Origin: Myxococcota bacterium
Lineage (GTDB): Bacteria > Myxococcota_A > SURF-8
DNA: 64,000 nucleotides
Assembly (NCBI GenBank): GCA_963674735.2
Contig: CAXXQS010000001.1
Span: forward strand, 928,001-992,000
Direction of reading: 5' to 3'
Position 1 is the stretch's first letter, and every line of letters starts with the position of its first letter. Below are positions 9,651 through 16,692 of this stretch, one piece after another. Both the position numbers and the translations under genes were made by a program. The notes beneath the pieces were generated by a model, which saw only the letters and a list, made by a program, of their open reading frames with translations, did not search any database and was not told where the DNA came from.

Positions 9651-9914
9651 CTACTGGTGGGTCGCCACGCCGCCGTCGACTTTCGGCGTCAGCGCGAGGA
9701 TGTCGCCATCGTCGGGCCGTTCGTGCAGCTGCGTGTGGACGCCATTCAGCGTGAGCGCGTAGCCCTGGCTGTCAAAACCCGCCGAGGTGAGGGCGTCGGC
9801 GCAGGTGGAGCCTGCCGGGACGGTGACCTGGCGCTGGCGACCGATCGAGACGACGGTGATGCGTATGCCGGGATTACGGGACTGGGACTGGTGATCGTTC
9901 TGGTTCTGGTCCAT
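9651..9914 (-). CDS. Ubiquitin-like (beta-grasp, ThiS/MoaD-type) protein, 87 aa, with di-Gly plus a 5-aa extension
   Basis: GGAGG RBS and ATG at 9914. The sequence IRITVVSIG...VTVPAGSTCADAL...LTLNG...DGDILALTPKVDGG-VATHQ fits the ThiS/MoaD pattern. Confidence 0.8.
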   Translation of the reverse strand: MDQNQNDHQSQSRNPGIRITVVSIGRQRQVTVPAGSTCADALTSAGFDSQGYALTLNGVHTQLHERPDDGDILALTPKVDGGVATHQ

Positions 9915-9958
9915 GATTTCCTCCTGGGATTGGAATGATGGGCGGTATTGCCCGGACA

Positions 9959-9982
9959 CAAAAACGCCGCCTCAAGGGCGGC
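9959..9982 (-). terminator. Hairpin plus T-tract between the SSB-like gene and the Ubl gene
   Basis: GCCGCC-TCAAG-GGCGGC stem-loop. The A run at 9960-9964 gives a T-tract on the minus strand. Confidence 0.5.
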
Positions 9983-10018
9983 TGCGGTCGATTACGTTGC
10001 TGTCGTGGACGGAGGCCG

Positions 10019-10783
10019 TTACTCGGCGCTATCGCCGTTCTCCTCGTCCCCGTTGGGCTGGATGACGCCGCGCAGATTCTCGAAGATCGTCTTGAACTGC
10101 CGAATCTCCAGTTCGTTGCAGTCTTCCTCCTTCGTCAGCTCCAACACGGCGTAGGTGCCGGTTGGCATGGTGAGCGAGAGCCGAGTTTTGGCGGTGAACA
10201 GCGGCAGGTCAGCGCGTTGGCCATCAGGGAGCTGAAGCTTGCCGAGAAAGTAGCGCGCCAGGTAGCGCTGAACGGGTTTGCGGCTGGTAGCCTTGGCGCG
10301 GATGATGAACGGATTGTTATTATCCAGGTCGATACCGAGCAGCGCATACACGATGTCGCAACTGGGGGCTGTGGGCTGTCCATTGCCATGCCCCCAAAGT
10401 CGGTGTGGGCAGGTGGCGCAGTCCACGACCTCTCCATCGGCGCGGACGCCTTCCACGCCATCATCCGAACGGCAGTGCTCGGTCATGCCGGAGGTCTCGC
10501 TGTAGGTGGCCCACCGTCGGGACTTCTTGATATGGAGCAGGACGCACGAAATCTCGTCCTTGGCTTCGCCGGTCAAGCTGTTGATGAAGATGTCTTTGGG
10601 TGCCCAGGAACCGTCCTGGAGCTGACGTCGGGCGTTGAAAGCATAGGAAGGGAGTGGCCGATCCTCATTGTCCAGATGCTCCAGAGCGCGAAGATCGGCC
10701 AACTCGGTGGCGAGAGACATAGGGATGGGAAGTTGGTGGTGGGCCTCGTTTGTTGCACTGACTACAGACGTGTCCGTTGTCAT
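10019..10783 (-). CDS. Phage-type putative single-stranded DNA-binding protein
   Basis: Strong AAGGAGG RBS. CRSDDG...CATCP...SC is a Cys cluster typical of phage SSB-like proteins, and there is an acidic C-terminal tail. Confidence 0.55.
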   Translation of the reverse strand: MTTDTSVVSATNEAHHQLPIPMSLATELADLRALEHLDNEDRPLPSYAFNARRQLQDGSWAPKDIFINSLTGEAKDEISCVLLHIKKSRRWATYSETSGMTEHCRSDDGVEGVRADGEVVDCATCPHRLWGHGNGQPTAPSCDIVYALLGIDLDNNNPFIIRAKATSRKPVQRYLARYFLGKLQLPDGQRADLPLFTAKTRLSLTMPTGTYAVLELTKEEDCNELEIRQFKTIFENLRGVIQPNGDEENGDSAE

Positions 10784-11504
10784 GGGAAACCTCCTTGAAT
10801 TTTGTAAGTGGAGTTGTCTGGAAATTATGGGATTCAAGCTGAAGAGTGGGCAGGATTCAGGTATAAGGTTGGTGAGGAATATTCAGATTATCTGGGCCGA
10901 CAACGACCACCTGGCTCGTAGCTACGTTATTGGCCTGACTATTTGGCTTATATCGTGTTCGACTGGATATTTTCAGAGAATATCAGGATGAGATAAATAC
11001 ACCCAGTAGAGGTGTATGAATATAATCCACCGAGTGCGAGCAAGGGAAGCCACCTCAATTCCCACCACCTTGGGTGTCCACCTGGAGGAGGTGTATTCAA
11101 CGAAAAATTGGCCAAGTTGGTACCGGACATTGCCTTTCACTACGGGGCCCCATAGCGATTTTCGATAGCCCTTCAAACCGGCGAGAAGACTAACGAAAAT
11201 CAGAAATTCCGTGCCGTTGGGTTCTCTTAGGGGCAGTTAGATGTTTACCAAAATAGGCCCTAATATGTACCCGGCTGGAAGCCCTCATAGGTTCAAAACT
11301 GCACAAACGAGGGGCCGTTGCACAATGGTACGACTCCTGCAAACTTAGCGATGGACTGGTTGGCCGCAACCATCGTCCTGCCAGGTTATCTGACTTGGGA
11401 TCGAACACCACGCAGCATGATTGGCGAGTTCCCTGATAGCTGATCCTACTGCGCCGCTTTTCGCCACCCATTCGTACAATTCAGCTTCCCAGCAGATATC
11501 ATAT

Positions 11505-11987
11505 TTACCGATCGCCTACCGGAAGAATACGCACTCTTGCCAACTGCCCAGGACTGGACATTTTCTTCAGCAATCCGGCATTCTCCAATGCGGTGAGGGC
11601 ACGACTCTTCGCAGAGGAATCCACGCCCATCTGTTCAAGTTGTTTGTCAGGCACCAGGACAGTATCGCAATTATCCATCCCCGCCATCCACCAAATCACA
11701 ATCGCCACCTCCAACGTACGCCCCTTTAGTGCTGCAGCACGAATCAACCACTCCAACGGAATGGCACCCCAGAGGTACTTTTCGCCGCTATTGGAGCCGG
11801 TATCAGCGTACGGAGGTGGATTGCCCTGAGAATCAAGATCGACTTCATCAAGCTTACTGCGCCTACGGCGACCAGTCTTTCCAGATGATCCAGCTGAATA
11901 GTCACCACTGTGACCAAACTTATCTAGCCACTCACGCTCAGAAATCTCCAGAGAGGACAGACCAACATTCTTGCGCGACTTAGGCAT
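11505..11987 (-). CDS. Winged-helix DNA-binding protein of mobile elements
   Basis: Start MPKSRK follows a GAAGGGGG RBS. The segment GAIPLEWL..AAAL..., GVDSSAKSRALTALENAGLL has a wHTH-like pattern. Confidence 0.6.
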   Translation of the reverse strand: MPKSRKNVGLSSLEISEREWLDKFGHSGDYSAGSSGKTGRRRRSKLDEVDLDSQGNPPPYADTGSNSGEKYLWGAIPLEWLIRAAALKGRTLEVAIVIWWMAGMDNCDTVLVPDKQLEQMGVDSSAKSRALTALENAGLLKKMSSPGQLARVRILPVGDR

Positions 11988-12049
11988 CAACACCCCCTTC
12001 AAAAAAAAAAAAGAGCCGGCGCAACTACCCTTGCCATGTTTATAGATAA

Positions 12050-12151
12050 GGTCATGGACTTTCGCGCAAGGCTTTGCAGCCTTGCTCTCAGTCCATAACC
12101 AAGACTGACCGGGTTTGCATGGGTGCAAAGGATCTTTGCAAATATGCAAAG
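12050..12151. repeat. Stem-loop plus phased inverted TTTGCA/TGCAAA repeats (candidate element origin or operator)
   Basis: Nested inverted repeats at 12050-12100, and TTTGCA/TGCAAA hexamers at 12114, 12124, 12135 and 12145. Confidence 0.55.
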
Positions 12152-12166
12152 GTACCCCGTGCTCAG

Positions 12167-13795
12167 CTACAAGTATCTGCTTAGGATGGACCATGTAGTT
12201 GACTCCGTGTCAAGCTGAATTCGTTCAGGATACGTACACCGGGCTTCACAGGCCGCCTTTAGGCGGAATCCTCCCAGCACCTCTTCGCTGGCTGATTCCA
12301 TGGCCTCAGCGCATGTGGCGATGGAGGTCCCCAGCTCTTCCTGTCGACATTCCACCCACAGGCTATCGTGCAACGACGCACACACGCGCAGCCCTGCATC
12401 CATGGCCAGTTGAATGGCGCGTCGTAGAATATCACTGGCCGTGGCCTGCAGCGGGAAATTGCGAATCGACTCATCAGACATCTCTTTGGTCGGAATCAGT
12501 CGCCAACCCATGGGAGTTGTGAGGAGTTCTCCACGGTGTACACGGTTCAGCAGGTCTTCGCTCCATTTCCAGTACACCGAGTATGTCTGTCTGTATGTTT
12601 CTATCATGTGTTTGGCCTCCGACTCATCGACATCCAGTTTCCTGGCCAGATTTCTTGCCCCAATTCCATATCCGATGGCCAGTAGTGCCAGTTTGAACCG
12701 TTTCCTCTCGGCTGGATAATCGTCTTTGCAGGCATTCTCGGGGACTGCTCTATTCTTTGCTCCAAATGCAAGATAAACATCACCGGAGCGATAATCTCTT
12801 TTCATCGACTCATCACCGGATAAGGCGGCAGCAATGCCGAACTCCTCAGCAGAAAAGTCAACGGAAAACATGGATCGGCCGGGTGGAGGTTTGATCAGCG
12901 AACGCAAGGGTTTCGCCCTGCACAAAATGGATTCCCAGCTGGGCTGGTTGCGCCCCGTTTTGCTCCTGAACAGGCCGGGTGAGGTTCGGTTGCGTCCGTC
13001 GGCGCCAACCACCACCGTGGAAATCTTTCCCTGATTGCGGATTTGCTCCACGTCTTTCAGCAATTCCAGTTCAGGATGCACTTTCGCCATCTCTTTCAAA
13101 TCGTCATAGTGAACGTCCGTTTCCCGTTTCCAATGCCTGGGAAAGGAATTGCTCTGGCTTCGCAGGTAGCTCTTGAACTTGCGAAGGGAGAGTCTTCCAT
13201 CAATGTAAACATCATACTGCTCGTTGGCTTCCTCTGTCAGCTCGGCCAGGATATCGGGCATCACCATTTGTAGTTTTTTCAAAGCCGTCATGTCCATTGG
13301 CAGACCGGCCTCTTGCATTTTGCGCGCATAGGGAAGAAAATGAGAATATTGTAGCACAATCTGAACCTCCCTGTCATCGTCACCCAGGCATGTCAGCAAT
13401 CGCTCCATATCAGCCAGGTACGAAAGGCCAATCCTGTCTTCCGACTGAGAGAGCTGATCGAAAGCAGCCAGTGCTTCGGGAAGAGATGTTTCACCCTTGT
13501 CCACCAAACCATTGCTGATCATTCGAAACCATAGGTGCAGATCGAGAATGGTTTCAGGAGGCGCCAGGCCAATCTGCCGTAAGCACAGAAGTTCCGGAAC
13601 ACCGTCAAACAGAACGAGCAGACTATCCGATGTCCATGGCGGATTCGTGCCAAGCATATCCTCAAATTCAAGGATTTGTGGAGCTTCTCCCATGACTTTG
13701 TGAAATAGCCTTTTGGGGATCGGAATATCTCCTGGTCGGCGCTGTTGGTCAAACACCAGAAAATGGATAGACGGATAGGCATCAAGAAACGTCAT
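12167..13795 (-). CDS. Family A DNA polymerase (mobile-element type, no 5'-3' exonuclease)
   Basis: TGRNQPS; motif A DFSAEEFGIAA; motif B RKRFKLALLAIGYG; RNFPLQATAS; motif C HDSL. Confidence 0.9.
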   Translation of the reverse strand: MTFLDAYPSIHFLVFDQQRRPGDIPIPKRLFHKVMGEAPQILEFEDMLGTNPPWTSDSLLVLFDGVPELLCLRQIGLAPPETILDLHLWFRMISNGLVDKGETSLPEALAAFDQLSQSEDRIGLSYLADMERLLTCLGDDDREVQIVLQYSHFLPYARKMQEAGLPMDMTALKKLQMVMPDILAELTEEANEQYDVYIDGRLSLRKFKSYLRSQSNSFPRHWKRETDVHYDDLKEMAKVHPELELLKDVEQIRNQGKISTVVVGADGRNRTSPGLFRSKTGRNQPSWESILCRAKPLRSLIKPPPGRSMFSVDFSAEEFGIAAALSGDESMKRDYRSGDVYLAFGAKNRAVPENACKDDYPAERKRFKLALLAIGYGIGARNLARKLDVDESEAKHMIETYRQTYSVYWKWSEDLLNRVHRGELLTTPMGWRLIPTKEMSDESIRNFPLQATASDILRRAIQLAMDAGLRVCASLHDSLWVECRQEELGTSIATCAEAMESASEEVLGGFRLKAACEARCTYPERIQLDTESTTWSILSRYL

Positions 13796-14325
13796 GGCGA
13801 TTTTCCAAGATGGTTGACTATCGGGTCATCCATATCCATGATTATCCGGTTCTCAAAGGCATCCTCAAAAAGAGAATCTACATCAATCTCTTTCCAAGCT
13901 GGTTTGTCCTCTCCTTGCATGAATTCCACGTTATAGCGATTGTGACCTGTTGTGGGGTAGCTGACCCAGCCGGTTTTAGCCTGTTCGATCATCTCTTGAA
14001 GACTGTCATACCAGGGATCAGCCATACCGCGATTTTTTCCGCGAGCCGGAAAAAGAAACAATTCTTCCGGATAGCTCATAGCCACATAGATTCTGTACCA
14101 TCGCATGTGCGAAGATAATGAGGACCACAACGATTTTGCTACCAGGAAAAACGAATCTTGCCACTTTTTTTCCTGGATCGAAAGAAGGGGCATCCCTCTG
14201 GAATACTCCGGGTGGACAGTAAAGAACTCCCGCTTTTTCGGCTTACGGACCTCGGCCTCATGCTTGACGAATAAGCCGGGAAAGCGATCAAGGATCGTGG
14301 CGCTGTAAGGGGCTGCTACACGCAT
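13792..14325 (-). CDS. Conserved hypothetical protein coupled to the polymerase gene (possible SSB/accessory factor)
   Basis: ATGA overlap with the polymerase gene. The VRKP..EFF.VHP and AF..RII...D.P motifs resemble proteins I recall preceding such polymerases. Confidence 0.55.
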   Translation of the reverse strand: MRVAAPYSATILDRFPGLFVKHEAEVRKPKKREFFTVHPEYSRGMPLLSIQEKKWQDSFFLVAKSLWSSLSSHMRWYRIYVAMSYPEELFLFPARGKNRGMADPWYDSLQEMIEQAKTGWVSYPTTGHNRYNVEFMQGEDKPAWKEIDVDSLFEDAFENRIIMDMDDPIVNHLGKSP

Positions 14326-14345
14326 TAACCGTCTACGCCTTCCTC

Positions 14346-14711
14346 CTACTTCTTTCTGCGGGGTCGTATGGGTTTGATGGCTTGCTTGTATCGATCCTTG
14401 CTCTCGGTTTCCCTGATAAGGGTGAAAATCTCACCTCTATGAAGAGCATGGTCACCATCGGCAAGTCGAAGAGACTCAAACTCAGCAATCAGCTTGTCAT
14501 AATCGGCATCCGACTGGTCTGCTGGTCGTTCAGATTCGTTTTCAGTATCTGGTTTAGCCATCACCATCAAAACGTCGTTTTCTTCAGTTGCTTCCCGCTT
14601 TGAACCGATCGATATTGATTGATCCGATTCGCTATTGGGCTTGTGACCGAAATGGAAACTTTTGATGACAGCACTTTCTACTTGAGTGGATTTACCTTCA
14701 TGTTCCATCAT
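14346..14711 (-). CDS. Hypothetical protein, first gene of the polymerase operon
   Basis: GGGAGG RBS immediately upstream; co-oriented with the operon. Confidence 0.5.
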   Translation of the reverse strand: MMEHEGKSTQVESAVIKSFHFGHKPNSESDQSISIGSKREATEENDVLMVMAKPDTENESERPADQSDADYDKLIAEFESLRLADGDHALHRGEIFTLIRETESKDRYKQAIKPIRPRRKK

Positions 14712-14930
14712 TTCCTCCCTAGAGATGCTATTTTTGTGAGAAGATCGGTCGCTATCTCTTGTGACTTGTATTCGCCCATTGCCAACTAGATAGCACCGAA
14801 GCGATCTTCTGTTTCACTCACTGTTCTAAAATAGTAGCTAGAACTTGTAAGAGAATTTAGCGGGAAGAAACCAGGAAGGAAGAACTCACGAATTATCGGA
14901 CGGTTAGCAAACCTAGGAAATAGATCGCTT

Positions 14931-15360
14931 TCATGACTGCAAAGAACTTTGAATGAATTCTACAGCTCTTTTCCTGTGGACTTGTTTTTTCATCCGTGTG
15001 ATTGGCCGCAATCGCCGCTCGGTGACTTTCCGGAGGATGGCATTGTCATCACAGTTTTCCAGCCATTCGACGAAATCGGAAGGCAGTTCCAAGAGCCTTA
15101 TGTGATAGCAGACCTTGGCACGGCTCACTCCGAATTCTTCGGCCACATCCCTGTAGCTCTTGGAAGGTGAGCTTTGAAGAACCCTCTGGTATTGTCTCGC
15201 GATCAAGATTGGATTTCGAGCTGGCTCGATTGACTTTTTCTTGGGTGGATGCTTAAATGGTTCTTGCGAGAAGTTAGCAGCACCAGAGCGTCGCCTGAGA
15301 AACCACTGGAATTCCAATGGGATAGTTACACGGCCAACGGTGCTCTTTCTGTATGCTCCG
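14931..15360 (-). pseudogene. 5'-truncated HTH protein (recombinase-associated/ParB-like HTH remnant)
   Basis: NPILIARQYQ...SYRDVAEEFGVSRAKVCYHIRLLELP is an HTH. The upstream part of the track ORF is only antisense to the IS remnant. Confidence 0.5.
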
Positions 15361-15884
15361 GGGACACGCTGCATGGGCTTGTCCGCCACCACGTTCTGTT
15401 TGTTATCGATTTGGCGACTCGCCGGGTTCATATCGCTGGGATCACCAATCAGGCTCACTAGGAGTGGATGAAGCAGATGGTGCGGAATATGACTGACGCC
15501 TTCGATGGTTTTCTTCTGGACATGCGCTATCTCATTATGGACCGGGATCCTCTTTTTACCCCCGCTTTTCGCAAGATGTTGTCCGACAGTGGTGTCGATC
15601 CCGTGCGTCTTCCGGCCCACAGCCCGAATCTGAACGCCTACGCGGAAAGGTTTGTTTTATCAATAAAATCAGAGTGTTTAAACCGTATGATTCCGCTTGG
15701 TGAGGGCCATCTGCGCCGTGCGGTGTTCGAGTATGTCCGGTACTACAACGGAGAACGTTTCCATCAGGGCCTTGACGGCCAATTGATTGATCCGGATGCC
15801 ACCGCAGGGAAAAGCACGGGAGAGGTGGCGTGTCGCGAGCGTCTGGGCGGAATGCTGAAGTACTACTACCGGGAGGCGGCATGA
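15361..15884 (+). pseudogene. Integrase-core (rve, DDE) transposase remnant, 5'-truncated, with an internal stop
   Basis: VLFVIDLATRRVHIAGIT*...DRD...SPNLNAYAERFV...YN.ERFHQGL...RLGGMLKYY; in-frame TAG at 15459-15461. Confidence 0.8.
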
Positions 15885-15961
15885 GTGGAACCAGAACCTT
15901 TCAGCCGGTATAGCTGATCACTGTTACACTTCCGGCTGCACTACGGCGAGGAAGAATTGCG

Positions 15962-16342
15962 ATGAGGGCAATCAACCGGCAAGCGATATTGGTGAAAAAG
16001 AAACAGCCTTTCGTCGACTGGCTTACTTTTACAAGCAAGACTCACGATCCGCCTGAGCACCAAACGGAATTCACCTTGGCCTATGTAAATAGTGAGCACA
16101 ATATATACCTGATTGAAGACATTGAGGTGCTTGATATAGCCTACGAGTATATTGAAACTCTCAAGCCGAGCCTATTTGAAGCTGAATTGAGCGGTTGGTA
16201 CAATGCCAACGCTTCCCACTTATGGCCTCAAGACCGTTCGAATGACGTCTTCGATCAGTGGTTTGAAATTGAATTCCATTCGATGGTGATCGATATCGAG
16301 AAATACAGGTTGAAAAAGGATAAACATCAATTTGGATGGTAG
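15962..16342 (+). CDS. Conserved hypothetical protein
   Basis: 126-aa ORF with GAGG RBS and a natural-looking INR.AI.VK.KQPF.DW...LWPQDRS...FDQWFEIEFHS pattern. Confidence 0.7.
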   Translation: MRAINRQAILVKKKQPFVDWLTFTSKTHDPPEHQTEFTLAYVNSEHNIYLIEDIEVLDIAYEYIETLKPSLFEAELSGWYNANASHLWPQDRSNDVFDQWFEIEFHSMVIDIEKYRLKKDKHQFGW

Positions 16343-16478
16343 ATGGCTGTAGGTTCAGAACGAATCGTCCATCAATGTTATTGCCAGATGAGTTTTGGTA
16401 CAGGACGCGGATGCGAGGCATGAAGCGGTTCGTTTGCTGGATTTTGCGTGCGCGGGTTAGGCACTATTTGGGCACAAG

Positions 16479-16508
16479 AAAACGGCGAGTTTTGCAACCC
16501 GCCGTTTT
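16479..16508. terminator. Hairpin downstream of tRNA-Pro
   Basis: AAAACGGCG...CGCCGTTTT inverted repeat. Confidence 0.55.
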
Positions 16509-16521
16509 CACTAGCTAAAAA

Positions 16522-16598
16522 TGGTCGGCGTGAGAGGATTTGAACCTCCGACCTCTTGGTCCCGAACCAAGCGCGCTACCAAGCTGCGCTACACGCCG
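16522..16598 (-). tRNA. tRNA-Pro(CGG)
   Basis: Reverse complement reads CGGCGTGTAGCGCAGCTTGGTAGCGCG-CTTGG-TTCGGGA-CCAAG-AGGTCGGAGGTTCAAATCCTCTCACGCCGACCA: 77 nt, with TTC loop and encoded CCA. Confidence 0.97.
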
Positions 16599-16692
16599 AA
16601 AGAGGTATGATTGATTATCACTCTGTGTGGGCTTTGTCAAGGATTCCTTAGAAAAAAACACAGCTTGTAAGAGTCTGTTGCCTGGTCCGACC

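Larger units (their letters stand above)
7254..16521. mobile_element. Degraded phage/satellite-like genomic island adjacent to the tRNA-Pro 3' end
   Basis: Contains polA-like, SSB-like, wHTH, Ubl/E2/JAB genes and an IS remnant. None of these has the DGD-lipoprotein style of the flanking genes. No intact integrase or att duplication was found, so the boundaries are approximate. Confidence 0.65.

Noticed and set aside
9651-9914. Ubl as an ordinary ThiS/MoaD sulfur carrier
   Set aside because: No thi, moa or cys genes are nearby. Its neighbours are an E2-like gene and a JAB gene in a mobile island.
10840-11500. Short ORFs and recurring CCACC motifs in the island's non-coding gap
   Set aside because: No convincing RBS or protein motifs, and the motif spacing is irregular.
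12167-13795. Housekeeping polA
   Set aside because: It is too short, has no 5'-3' exonuclease domain and sits in a mobile-element context.
15459-15461. In-frame TAG as pyrrolysine or recoding
   Set aside because: The transposase is also 5'-truncated, and other genes use TAG as a normal stop. Simple decay explains it.
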